This document shows, piece by piece, positions 1-12,051 of a DNA stretch of 64,000 nucleotides. The stretch lies in contig NC_057751.1 of NCBI RefSeq assembly GCF_004010195.1, forward strand, positions 10,675,831 to 10,739,830, given 5' to 3'. Made by a program: the position numbers and the translations under genes. Below the pieces are notes generated by a model. The model was not told where the DNA came from and did no database searches. It saw only the letters and a list, made by a program, of their open reading frames with translations. This DNA is from Chiloscyllium plagiosum (Eukaryota). Position 1 is the stretch's first letter. Every line of letters begins with the position of its first letter.

Positions 1-342
1 TTGGGGGGGGGGGGGGGAAGGTCACTGAATGATCGCGGGTCATTCCGAGCTTGCATGGAGAAACCAACCAGTTTCTCCCCAGTGAGACAGCGTTAGAGTG
101 AGACGCGACTGCATCTTCCAAGGTTTTGAGAGGAGCCATGCCAATCCCCACGCCCCCCCCCCCGATGTGAATGTCATGCTTGCGGGCTGCAGACTGTCAA
201 TCAGAAGGAGCCGCCCAGTTTCTCCTCCCCATCTCGCGAGAGGCGCTACACCGAGTTGTCAATCAGCCGGAGCCCGGTAGCAAGCGCTGGCTCCCTCCCT
301 CCCTCCCTCCCTTTGCAATCTCGAGTTGCAATTTTTTCCAAC

Positions 343-407
343 ATGGCCTCGACTGGAACGTGTACCCGATTCAGCGATGAATACCAGCTTTACGAGGAGC
401 TCGGCAA
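343..407 (+). CDS. CAMK2D: Calcium/calmodulin-dependent protein kinase II, coding exon 1 (most likely delta)
   Basis: ATG at 343 reads MASTGTCTRFSDEYQLYEELG(K), the CaMKII N-terminus. The 65-nt coding exon ends GGC AA|gtaagt (canonical donor). The family call is firm; the paralogue call rests on the MAST start, the TGQEY motif, a short intron 1 and a very long intron 2. Confidence 0.93.
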
Positions 408-651
408 GTAAGTGTCCCAGCTTTCCTTTTCCCGCCTGTGTCTTTCTCCTGCCATCCCCACTACCTTCCCCCACCTCACCCCCCCCCCCCATGCCTTTGC
501 AGCAGCTTCAGAGAAAACCTTCACTAACCACCCTCCTTCCCCTTTACCGCAAAAGGGGAAAAAAAACATCGCAACAATTTGTGATCTTTTTTATGGTTGC
601 AAAATAACATCCTTTCTCTGCTACATTGTGTCTTGTTTCTGTTCAATCCAG

Positions 652-746
652 AGGCGCTTTCTCGATCGTCCGCAGATGCGTGAAGCTGTCAACAGGGCAA
701 GAATATGCAGCGAAAATCATTAACACCAAAAAGCTGTCTGCTCGAG
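652..746 (+). CDS. CAMK2D: CaMKII coding exon 2 (Gly-rich loop and AAK lysine of the kinase N-lobe)
   Basis: Pyrimidine tract plus ccag| acceptor. The 95 nt read (K)[31 protein letters not shown](D) in phase with exon 1. Donor is G|gttggt at 747. Confidence 0.95.
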
Positions 747-3244
747 GTTGGTAGATGTAAATGCTTTTATTGCAGTCCCCCCCCCCCCCCCCCGGACATT
801 TTCTTTTGGGGAGGCTGTGGGCTACAGTGGGAATGAAGCAGCTGTCAGTCTGTATCCACCCATCTCCGCCGTCTCAAAGCTAGTGACAGCCAAGCGACGC
901 TCAAACGCAGCCTCTCCTTCTCATCTGTCGGGATGTGATCATGTTTATGACACACACGTCAGAAATGCTCCTTAGCCCATTTTTTATTTGTTCCTCGGGT
1001 TTGTTTTTCTTGCCCGTTCGCGATTCAGTCACAATTTTAAAAGTGTGGTTGTCTATTCCCTTATATGTTTCAATTTGCACCTTAAATTTAAATTGGTAGC
1101 AATATTCGGCGAGGACAGGGCTTTGGTGGGAGAGAGTGTGTCAATCTCTCGTCTACAACTTGTTACAGTGTCACCCAGTTGGACACGGTTTTTTTTTTGA
1201 CTGGAGCTATTTTGACTGCAGATTGGTTGCAGCATTTGGTTTTCGCATTGCTTTTTATGACGAATGCAATTCTAAAAATGGTATGAAAAATATTAGGGGC
1301 CGAGCATTTCGTGAAACCTTCCACACGTGCACACCGAAAATAATCGGGATCGTTCATTTTTTTTTCAAATCTGTCACTGAAAGTACCTTGGTTCCTGGTG
1401 CAGGAAGATCTCTGTGGTGCTGAGATTAGACGGTGCTCATTAATCAACAAGCATTTTAAAACGTTGGCTTCAACTCTCATGAATTGGAGGTGGGGGTTAG
1501 GAAACGGAAATCTCTTGGTCGAGACGCATGACCGGGCTCATTCATCTCCCAGTTTCTCGTTCCTCGCCCAGTAGATGGGTTTGTTTAGCTGATCACACAG
1601 AGATCATGTGCTCGCCATGTCTGCGTGACAGTGCAGTCTTCTGGAACTAACCTCTCGAAGGTGCCTGCCCAGATTCGTTTCAGGAGGCGTTAACAAAATA
1701 CGGTCCTTAGAAGTGGGTTTCTGGCGTAGCCTGCCAATTTCAAACGATCTGTGTCAGTCGTGGTGTTTTTTGTATAAAAAAAAGGGTTGTGGAATAAATT
1801 GGACCAAATAAAACCTAGTTCTTGTTCAGAGTTAATAAGTGAATGATAGTTCATGATTCCCTTCAATTCCCTCACTTCACAAGTCTGTCGTCAGTACACC
1901 GTGCCTTGCTTCCAAGGCAGTCGCAGGCCTTCTGACAGGGTCTGCACTGGTTGTTTTGAATCATGTGTCGAGAGCAGCATTAAGTTATTGCTTTTTTGCC
2001 ATTTGTGTTTTTGTGGGTAGCACCAGACACAGGGAGAGGTCCCAGGGGAAGGGAGTATAGCACATCGCCCACATTGGTCGCATTGCAAGCAGCAGACTGA
2101 TTTCAGAGCAGAGTTTTGTTGTACAGTGTGATGGAGTGATGAAGACCATTGTATGCTCTATGCAAATAATCAGATTCTCAAAGCTCTCATCCTGCCGAGG
2201 GTTCAGTTTCTTTCTGTGTAAAATGGTAAATGCAGTTTATCTGGCAAGACATAGGTCCTGGTGAGATTCAGGCAGGGGAACTAAAGGTGTGGTCAAATAC
2301 CTGCTTTTGAGGTGCTTTCAAAAGGGTGTTGAAAGGTGATGGATGAGGAATATTCCAGATGTATGGAGCGACATGGGTCAGGATGTAAGAGAGGGTACAC
2401 TGATGTGAAAGCTGGCCAGCAAATTCACAGCTGGACCTGTTGATGTTTCTCAAAGTTATTCGCATGTGGTTCTATCTGTAAACATTAAAAACTACTTGAG
2501 GGAGGAGGAGATCTCTCTTTCATCGATCTGTTGCCTTTATGTTACTTGATCACATTGGCTGCATTCTGCACAATGCATTATTTTTGTGTGAATTACAATT
2601 TGACCTCCGGTATGAGGAAATGCAAGTGCTGTGCCAACTGGCATTTCACACCCTCCAAGCGCAGTTGTCGGGTATCGAGGTACAATTGTAATTGGTGTGT
2701 TGACAGAGGAAAGACTTTGCTGTGGGATATTGAAATGTCACATAGTTGGTGCAGTTAACTTCGAATTATCTCCACCACTGAACAAGGGTCTACCAAAGTT
2801 CAATTTCATTTGCAATTCACCAAAATCTTAACAGAATGCAAAACCTGGACTCTTGTAAAACCTTTTGAGCTCCACGAGACTTGCAGCTGTGCATTGGCTT
2901 CACTATCTCAAAGGCATGAAGGAGAAGATGTCTATCTAATGGCTTTTGACTGTTAAGGCAAAGAGGAGAGATGAGAACACGACAAGGTACAGCCCTGTTG
3001 GTTAATCATGTGTTAATATTAATTTTTCTGAGCTCCCCTCTGAGAAGTGGACACTTGGGTCTGGTTTTGGAGAGCAGCTGGAACTCCAGCACCTTATTTG
3101 AAGACTCATTGGGTGCAACTAAACTTCAACAGGGGTCTTCTTTCATCCTGGAGGAGAAAGTGAGTCTGCAGATGCTGGAGATCAAAGTTGAAACTTTATT
3201 GCTGGAACAGCACAGCAGGTCAGGCAGCATCCAGGGAACAGGAG

Positions 3245-3280
3245 ATTCGACGTTTCGGGCACAGGCCCTTCTTCAGGAAT
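3245..3280 (-). ncRNA. Minimal type-I hammerhead ribozyme motif
   Basis: Reverse complement reads ATTC-CTGAAGA-A-GGGC CTGT GCCC-GAAA-CGTC-GAAT, with intact core, stem II and stem I. Confidence 0.85.
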
Positions 3281-3815
3281 GAGCAGAGAGTGTTCAGCAG
3301 GAGAAGAAGAGCTTCTGTGCAGAGGAGATGACCTGGGGTGTGCAGTGAGAGAGGGACTCACTGAGATCTTTGTAGAGAGAGGATGCTGCCTGGCCTGCTG
3401 TGCTTTTCCAGCACTGCACTTTTTGACTCTTTCCAAGACAATGGGAATTTTTCATTGTTGTTTAGCATACAGTTCTATCATACATCAATGAAAATGCAAT
3501 ACGTGAAGGAGCTAATTACGTAGCTTCCTTGCATGAAAGAAAGAGGAATATAATTACATACTAACCAGGAGAAAAATAATAAGTTATGATTTAAGAAACT
3601 GAAATAAAATTTAAAAATAGGAAAATGTTAAATTCAAAAGAAATCAAGAAAAGATAGTTTTTAAAAAACTCTTTCGAGTCCTTGTTACGTTTTAAATGGA
3701 CACTACAGTTGCTTATCTTCGAGGAGAAAGTGAGGTCTGCAGATGCTGGAGATCAAAGTTGAAACTTTATTGCTGGAACAGCACAGCAGGTCAGGCAGCA
3801 TCCAGGGAACAGGAG

Positions 3816-3848
3816 ATTCGACGTTTCGGGCACAGGCCCTTCTTCAGG
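3816..3848 (-). ncRNA. Hammerhead motif with truncated stem I
   Basis: Same core and stem II as 3245-3280, but most of the 5' stem-I strand is removed by the inversion junction at 3848/3849. Confidence 0.65.
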
Positions 3849-4086
3849 GCCTGGCCTGCTGTGCTGTTCCAGCAATAAAGTTTCAACTTTGATCTCCAGC
3901 ATCTGCAGATCTCACTTTCTCCTCGAAGATTTCAACCTACTGCGAATCCTCTTACAAGGATGCCTTCCTTGAAGAAGCTCTCTGCCTCTCTCTACAAAGA
4001 TCTCAGTGAGTCCCTCTCTCACTGCACACCCCAGGTCATCTCCTCTGCACAGAAGCTCTTCTTCTCCTGCTGAACACTCTCTGCTC

Positions 4087-4122
4087 ATTCCTGAAGAAGG
4101 GCCTGTGCCCGAAACGTCGAAT
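4087..4122 (+). ncRNA. Minimal type-I hammerhead ribozyme motif, sense to the host gene
   Basis: ATTC(4087-90) CTGAAGA(4091-97) A GGGC-CTGT-GCCC GAAA(4111-14) CGTC GAAT(4119-22). The predicted cut is after GUC (C4118). Stem III is only the ACGU palindrome, as in PLE hammerheads that act as dimers. Confidence 0.88.
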
Positions 4123-5449
4123 CTCCTGTTCCCTGGATGCTGCCTGACCTGCTGTGCTGTTCCAGCAATAAAGTTTCAACTCTTCTTTCATCCTGGCAAG
4201 CTCACTTCACCATCAAGTTTTCGTGAGGCTGTGGAGAAAATTTCTTGGAATAGCCTATCTCAATATTTTTGCAAATCATCCAACAGTGATGTTTTATAGT
4301 ATCTCAGAATAGATAAGAAAAATAAATGAGTGAGTCAAAACTGTCCTGTCAATTTGTAACTACCCTCTCACCGGAGAAAGACTGGACAGTGAAATAAAGG
4401 GACAAGCTGCTGAAAGCACATGTTAGTGCAGGATGTTCTTGTTGTAGTTACGTGACCAGTAATGTTGACTGCTGTAAAAGCTGAATAATAATGCTTTTTT
4501 CCACATGAATTATATGAATAAACTGAAGTTTTTCTAAGGTCGTAACACAGTTACAGGAAGTGGCACTGCAAATTAGTTATAAAATTCTGTTGGATAGTCA
4601 ATGCCAAGGAATGATAGAGATGCAAAGAGGAAGTAGTTGAAAGCCAATTTTCTTATGTTCACTATGAGGTTTAATTTTCATTGGGGTTAGAGCTTCCCTG
4701 TGATTTGCCCCATTAGTCATTTTCCCAAGTCCAAGCTTGGCTAATGAGTACTGTCAGCCCCAGGCCCCAATCATTTATCTTAATGATATGAAGAATGAAT
4801 TTTACTGTTGTGAGTAGGATGTCTTGGACACTGTAGATAATCAAGGAGAGCAGCTTACATCCCTGACAATCTCTGATTTGTTTGTATTGTATCCAGACCT
4901 TTGTGCAAGGTTGGATAAATGAAGCAAACTTCTTCATGGAAATGAGCAGATTGCAGTTGAACACTACAAAAGTCTTCATTCCCAGCTGAAATATTTCTGA
5001 CTGGGAAAGTCAGCTCTTGCACTTCGCCTCTTGAAGTTTGGATCACAAGGTAACAGCCAAGAGCAGAAACGTTTCTTCTGCCCCCATTCTTTCTAGTTCA
5101 CAGCCATTGGGCCATTTGCAGAATCCCTGCATTTGTACTGGTGAGACCCACCGAACTGAGCATTGAGCATGGATTACAAACATTGTGAGCTGCCTTGTCT
5201 ATGCATGCATGCAGTGTGCCATTTCGCTACTGAGTATTGATGGAGTTGGCTTTGTTTAATGTACCTCAGAAAGCCAGTTGGTGAAGGATAATATAGCAGC
5301 TAATCTTTATCCTTATTTATTTACAGACATCAAATTGTAAGGACACAGTAACTTAGATCACAACTTTGATTTTAGTCGATATCTATTTACAAGGTTTCAA
5401 ATGAATATCAAATATTTGCAAGCAATTGATGTACAATTACGGATTCATT

Positions 5450-6480
5450 TTAGCACACAGGAGGCCATTTGGCCCATTGAGTTTTGGTGGTTCTATGGAA
5501 TGCAGTCTACTTAGTCGCACTCCTCTGCTCATCCAGTTTCTTTTTGAAATCATTGATCTTTTCTGCCTCCACCACCCAGAGAAGCACCATGTTTTGGATC
5601 ATGTACCCTTGTGGGAAAATAAATTCTTCTTTGTCCCAATCCCCATGACATCTCGATTTCAAATCTTAAATCTATGTCTCTCTATCGTTGTATGCCAAAC
5701 TAATGAGTACGACTTACCTTTTTCTTTTTTGCCTAAACATGTCTTAACTTTATATATTTCCTTTGCTCCAAGGAGAGTGACCTCAGCTTTTCCAAGGTAG
5801 TTGTGCAGCTAAGTTCCTGTCATCCTTAGTTATTCTGGTCCCTCTGCCACTGCCTCAAGATACCTTCCATGCGTCCTTAAGCTTCATATATTTTAAATGT
5901 TTGAATACAAAACAGCACTTAAATCTCTCAAGGACATAACAATGGGAGCTTGGGTAGACTACTTGGCCCTGAAACTTGATTTGCCTTTCAGTATAGTGCA
6001 AGCTGAATTCCACTTTCCTGTGTGCTCTTCATGTCATTTGATTTCCTGAGATACCAAATGGCTGTCAATTTCAGTCTTTAGCATACTTGTTGAAGTTGAG
6101 AAAGAGAATTATAATGATTCACAATTTTGTGGTTGAAGAAATATAAATAATTGACCCCTTATTCTGAGGTTGTGCTCCCAGGTTTGAGAAATTCAGCCAG
6201 GAGAAGCAACATCATAAACACCCCACCAATCTGTTTGGCAATCTTGCATGTTTCAAATGAGATTGTGGTTCATTTTTCTAAACTCCAGATGTTTCAGGCC
6301 CAATTTGCTGACCCTTTGAGAAAGCAACAACCTTCTCATCCTTGGAACCAAGCTGTCGAACCTTTGCAGTATTACTTGCTTACCCTTCAAAGACGGTGTT
6401 TTTCCTCAGATCTGGAGAACCAAATCATGCACAGTTCTCCAGCTATGACCTCACCCAAGTACGACAGAGTCCTACAACTT
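5450..6480 (-). mobile_element. Degraded CR1-type LINE 3' fragments
   Basis: Starts with the reverse-complement CR1 tail-like motif (caggaggccatttggccc) and shows decayed similarity to the younger CR1 copies in the window. Confidence 0.5.
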
Positions 6481-6689
6481 TGAACCAACTTTGTAATTTA
6501 CTAACAACTTGACATTGGATGAATAGACACCATTTTGAAATTGATTTTTGAGTTTATAATGAAAGACACTTGTGACAAATGTCTTCGCTTTTCACAGCCA
6601 CTGGAGAGACAGATGTTCTCATTGTTCCTTTGACAAAAGGTTAGCCTTTTATTCACTTTCACTTCTTGCCTTCCATTTGTTTCTCACGT

Positions 6690-6945
6690 CGCCGGATTGT
6701 CTTGCACCTGTGTGGATTGACTTGGTGTGGCTCTGCTCCACCAATGCTTTAATTCTTGCTCTCAGGTCTCTGCATTCCTTTTTGGCCTCACTGAAACCCT
6801 TAATTTCCATTGATTCACTAGTGGTGTCCTTGTCTCGGTCCTAAACTCTGGAATTACTTCCGTAAACTTTTGACCCGCTTTCTTCTTTTTAGGAGACACC
6901 TCAAAACCTCGACCTTTCAACAAGCTTCTGTTCAGCTATCCTACT
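6690..6945 (+). mobile_element. Degraded L2-like LINE 3' fragment
   Basis: The pattern ctctggaat...ctcaaaacc...ttcaacaagc is typical of L2 3' ends. A similar piece lies around 30770-31280. Confidence 0.35.
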
Positions 6946-8744
6946 TTTACCTTCTGTTGCTTTTTTTTTTTGTCCAAAGTTTTTTTATAGAGCATGTTGG
7001 GGATGTGTTAATAGACCATTGACATAATATCAGTATGAATTTTAGATTATTATATGAGTTGACCTGGAAGGATGGATGCTTGAGGATGGGAAGTGGAGAA
7101 ATGGTTGGCTCATGCTTCGATTTAATCGTGATTCCCATGTTATAGCTCTCCATTGATCTTTGGAAAAGCTGTGGAAACTGTTGATATCCAGTTTGTAGCT
7201 TGCTTCTTAACTGCAGTTCCTTTAAAGATCTCGGGCCAGTGTTTTGCTCATTAAATTATTGGATGAACGAACGGCTGCTGTAATCAGCGTTTTGAAACCA
7301 GATAAATAACTTGCTGGCGTTGTTCATTTAAATTCTAGTCCTGTCTCCCAATTTCATTGACCCCTCAAACATATTGTTGCCTGTTTCTGTGACCAGCAAT
7401 TTCTGCCTTCCTAAGTCCTGTACTTCTATTGAGAATGCCACGCAAAAACCATCCAAAATCATTCACGATAATTGTTCATCTCATTGCTGTATTCGAAAGA
7501 TTATTTATAAAATTGTCACACCAGTTGAGTAAGGGAATTAGTTGTGTGAGGTGTTTTGATGAAGTAAAAATGTAATTAAAAATGAGCAGATCTCATTTCT
7601 CGATTTGAATTCCGTATAACTTCCTTCAGAGGTGATTTAATTCCTCTTTACGCTTAAGAGTCAAACCTGAGCACAGTGTAGGATATTCATCTTTCTCTGC
7701 TGAAGAAACTTGGTAGTGTTATTGATGGACATATATTTGATTGACAGACAGGAACATGGATCATATTGAATTTGCTATCAGGGTTATTGGCCCAGCCTTA
7801 TTGTTTGAAATGAGTGCGAGTTGTTCGAGTTGCATATTTCCGACTGGTTAAGGTAATAATTTGCTTTCACACAGAACTTGTAATGTAATAATATGACTCG
7901 GGTTTTTGATGGTGTGTTGTTTAGCAAGCTTAACCAAGTAGCAGGCAGCACTGTTAAAACATTTCTCAGCATAGCAAAGCAAGCAAACACACTGGAATTC
8001 AGAGCATGAGACTCAAATCAAAAATCAAAGAACTTCGGTCATTCAACATGTTTTACTGTTCTTTGCATTTGCGTATTAGTATTTTCAGTCAACCAGTTCA
8101 GACATAATATGGCACATCTTTAGTGAAGAACAGGATATAAACCCAGATCTTCAGGTCCAGAGGAAGGGGCACTACCTCCTGGCCATAGGACATCTCCTCC
8201 CAATGATATTCCTACTCCAGTGACATGAATGTCATGTCACCACTTCCCCAATATCCTTGAGTCGTGCTGGGTCCCAAACTCAAGTCCCCCGTTACACAAT
8301 AGAAATTGCTGCTTGGCCCAAAGTTGAGCTTCCACATGATACTGACACTGCACCTGTTGTTCATGAGACACCAAAAAGGGTCCAATATCGAACCACCTCC
8401 TCTGCCACCTCTGCCCCCATTTGTACAAGTTGAGGGCTGAAAAGTTAGCTTTTCCTCATTTTGACTCTTTTGTTTTTGAAGTGCCAGAACATCACTGTTT
8501 GAGCCTGAAATCTTGGAAATTGGCAGGCCAAATGTTTGAAATAGAATGTGGAGCAAAGCAGCTGCTTGAAGAATAATTCAGTTTGAAGCAGGGCAGTTAT
8601 TAAATTGGTGAGGAATCAAACCTCTGGAGGCTACAACATTGAAGGTTGATTTGAGAGGCTTAAATTACACACATTTCTTGTTTGAAATCAACTCTTGTAC
8701 CAGTTAATTTAGAAAAAAAAAGGCTAACAGCTCAGAGAATTCGA

Positions 8745-8912
8745 TTGTGTTCGCAAGTTTTGAGAAGATTTGTAGCTCAGGTTGAGGTTCTGGATGTAAG
8801 TTTGCTCACTGAGCTGGAAGGTTCATTTCTAGACGTTTCGTCACCCTACAAGGTAATATCTTCAGTGGGCCTCCAGGCGAAGCACTGCTGATCATTCCTG
8901 CTTTCTACTTAT
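8745..8912 (-). mobile_element. PLE-type terminal fragment (second type) carrying a hammerhead motif at ~8828-8869
   Basis: Reverse complement reads CCCA-CTGAAGA-T-ATTACC TTGTAG GGTGAC-GAAA-CGTC-TAG. The surrounding sequence is unrelated to the main terminus family. Confidence 0.65.
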
Positions 8913-9849
8913 AAATTACGTGTTTGAATTTAATACATCGGAGAAAAATCGCCAAGTGCACAGAACCCTGGGTTAGGTCAAACTGAATTCATTCAGCTTT
9001 GTTTTAAATTGTACTTGTGGACAGCTTAGCTCATGCCTTTATTTCATCACAAACCCTCCCACCAATTTATACTCACTATACATAGCCACCTGCATTAGTG
9101 CTCCAAAGGTTACATTCCGAGGAGAGATTTAACATAATATATCACTTGGCTTTTTGCCTTCGGTCTTTTTCCATTTTGGAAACAGTTGAGAGGTAAGACA
9201 GGAACCGTGTGCACCAGTTGAGGAGGCTCCGACAAGGGACATAACCCTTACATGAGGGGCAAGTCGTTAAGAAGGTAAGGTACAAGCATCTCATCCTAAA
9301 ACAGATGAAGTGGAACTTTGTCCCATAAACAGCTGGGTGTGAATTTTATGTTCAGTGAATTTGTCATCTTACATTTAGGTTTGGTAGACTTGTGCAAACG
9401 AAAACTTTGAAGGGTTACGGAACCAAAGTAGGTGGAGAGAGGGAGGATCGGCAATCAGTTGTGAGCTCCTTGAATAGTGGTATTAGCTGATAGGGAATAT
9501 ATCTCTCTTCTATATAATGCAATCTTCTGCTTAATGAGTGAGTGTATTAAATAGTTCGTGGTCCAAAAGTAGGCATTAATTGAAGATTTTGCGAATGAGC
9601 TATTCATACCCGAGTGAGCTTGCAAGGTGAGAATAATTTAGCCGGAGTATGTTCAGGGCGTAATTTGCTCTTCCCACTGGGACTCAAAACAGGTAATGAG
9701 TTGTTCCCAGTAACTTGTTGCTTGTGTACCTCTGAACGAATGGATACGAAAGTGCTCAGGTTTGGCCTCTGGAATGGAGTGGAAACCAATCCTTGAGAGT
9801 TGAGCAAGAACAAAAAACAAGTCATTTCATGGCTTTAGGTGTTGTGGGC

Positions 9850-10200
9850 AAAGACTAGCATTTGTTGCTCACCTCCAATTGCTCTTGAACTTGAGTGACT
9901 TCCTCAGCCATTTCAGAAGGCAGTTCAGGGTCCTCCCCCAGTGCGCTGTAGATCTGGAGTCATGGAGGTTACAACAGATAAGGATGGCAGCTTCCCTTCG
10001 TTGAAGGGCTTTATCGGAGCAGATATGACTTTGACAACAATCAATGTTAGTTTCATGGTCACCGCTTCTGAGACCAGCTTTCATTTCTAGACTTTGTAAC
10101 TGATTTTAAATTCCACCAGCCTCTGTGGTAAAAGTTGATCCTGTGTCCCCATGGCATTAGCTTGGGTCTTTGGAATATTTCTAAAGTGGCATTGCAATTA
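9850..10200 (+). repeat. Unclassified dispersed repeat (SINE or LINE tail)
   Basis: Shares the motif order ggagtca..taaggatggcag.ttccttc..gacaa..atggtcacc with copies at ~16430-16740, ~25765-25960 and ~29600-29790. Confidence 0.5.
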
Positions 10201-10784
10201 TGCTCTCGTCTTTCCAATTTAGTTTGAGCTGTAATTCAAAAACAGGTCGTGCCCATATGCTGTGCTTCTGAAATGGTTAACTGATGGTGTGCCGTTTTCA
10301 GGCAATCAAATCATGCAGCACAAAGGAGAGTATTTGACTAATTTGTCTGCATGGGCTCACTGAACGTTGTATCCAATTAGTGCATCCCCCCCCACAAAAC
10401 CATCCTTGCCTGCTCTTTCCCTATTCTGCACACTTCATAGCTGTCTTCTTATGGCTCTTTATCGTCTTGTGACTGAGATTACCTCTGATTCCTCTTCAAT
10501 AAGGGTTGTTTTGGAAATTTGAAGTGTGTCCAAAAACAATTTAGAACTTGCAATTTGAGATTTCGCTGCCATTGCTCATGAAAACAGTTATCCTGCATTG
10601 CTGGATAATGCAGGGCATCAACTAAAATACTTTGGCACAGATGAAGGTGAATTCCACTACCTTGCATTTTATTGTCATAAGCTTAGCCAAGTGTCGCAAG
10701 ATTATTCAGTCACCGAATTTAAATACTTTTCCACCTTCCAAAACTGAGAGGTAAATGGGCAGACATGGAAAAAAAATCTAATGG

Positions 10785-12050
10785 CAGTAAACAAGGCTTT
10801 TTGGCCCATCAAGACTGCACCAGCTTTTTGAGAAGCATCCAGTCTGTCCCTTCAGCCCTGCACATTTCTGCCCTTGGAGTGCTCACGTGACTTTCTTTTG
10901 AAATCATTGACGTTCTCTGCTTCCACCACCTTATGTGCAGCAAGTTCTAGGTATTGCCTATCACCATGTTTGAAAAGAATTTCTTTCTTATTCCCCCTGT
11001 ATCTTTGGTCCACATTGTAATATTTGAGTCCCCTCATGTTTCACCAACAGTAATAAAAATAGTTTTTGTTTGTGTACCTTCTCTAAATCTGTCATATTCT
11101 TCTACACTTGAAAGAAATCTCCCCTCACTGCTTTTGTTTCATGGAGAATAGCAACATCTTTTCTAATTTAACACTTATGCTTAATTTCTGCATCCCTGCA
11201 ACACCTGATAACTCTCCTCTGCACTCTCTGACAGATATTCACATCTTTGCTGAAGTTCAGTGATCACATTTGGACACTTCACTGTTGCTGATTTTAGCTC
11301 AAAACCTCCAGTTTATGAAATCTTGAATCCATTATGCCTTGCGAACTATTGTTTTGTTATATATTGTCTTAGAAGAAATTTCTACATGAATTCCGAGATC
11401 CTTGCTTGCTCCTTAGAATATGCTGTGAAGATTATATTATCTTTTTATATCCTTTCTGTCAAAACGGCTCATTTCACACTTGTCTGTTTTAAACGAGGCC
11501 TGTCATTCACCTTCCATTCTGCTCCATTATCTAATTCGATCTTGGATTGCAATTGATTTGTAATTAGTGTCATTGTTTACCACACCCTTAAGTTAGGTAT
11601 CATTTGCAACTTTTGAAATTTTACGCTGTCTACCATTTTCAAAGTCATATATATGTTAAAATTATGAGGTTTGGTATTAATCCATGGCAAACACAGCTGT
11701 CAGCCATAGTCAGTCAAAAACAAATCACTGATTCCATGTATCTCTGTTTTTCTGTCCTTCAGTCAATATTCTATTATACTGATTCTAAGCCTGTCTGTGA
11801 GCTCAGATTTACTAATCAATGTTTCATGTCATTGTTTGTCAGCTTTCTTAAAATTTAAATAGATAACATCCGCTAAACTTTTCATGAGTTTCTCTGTTCT
11901 TTTGATCACAATGTCCAATGAAGTTTGTGGAATTTGATATGCCTTTTACAAATCTGGCTCTATTCAATAACTGAAATCTCTACAAATACATGTAAGCTTT
12001 TGTCTTTGATGTTCTAAAACTCATCCCGTCACTGATGTTAAAATAATTGA
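10785..12050 (-). mobile_element. Old degraded CR1 LINE
   Basis: Tail-like ggctttttggccc start, and a minus-strand remnant peptide (AAHKVVEAENVNDFKR) resembling the CR1 ORF2 C-terminus. Confidence 0.55.
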
Positions 12051-12051
12051 C

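Larger units (their letters stand above)
1..1000. promoter_or_regulatory. CpG-rich promoter / 5'UTR region of the CaMKII gene
   Basis: CG dinucleotides are visibly denser than in the rest of the window. G/C homopolymers and a (CCCT)n tract at ~291-313 lie just upstream of the ATG at 343. The TSS cannot be determined. Confidence 0.6.
3152..4180. mobile_element. Composite non-autonomous PLE insertion with inverted termini and TSD
   Basis: TCTTCTTTCATCCTGG flanks it at 3136-3151 and 4181-4196. Inside are a minus-strand unit (~3151-3380), a plus-strand terminus fragment (3381-3430), unrelated DNA (3431-3714), a minus fragment (3715-3848) and a plus unit (3849-4180). Confidence 0.85.

Noticed and set aside
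98..975. ORF-track entries overlapping the 5' region (e.g. 326-607, 412-723)
   Set aside because: They are in other frames or run through introns. The real coding signal is the spliced 343-407 + 652-746 frame.
3149..4181. CRISPR-like or DNA-transposon TIR interpretation of the repeated blocks
   Set aside because: There is no regular repeat-spacer periodicity. The repeats are homologous to the 3' terminus of the PLE at 21410-24721.
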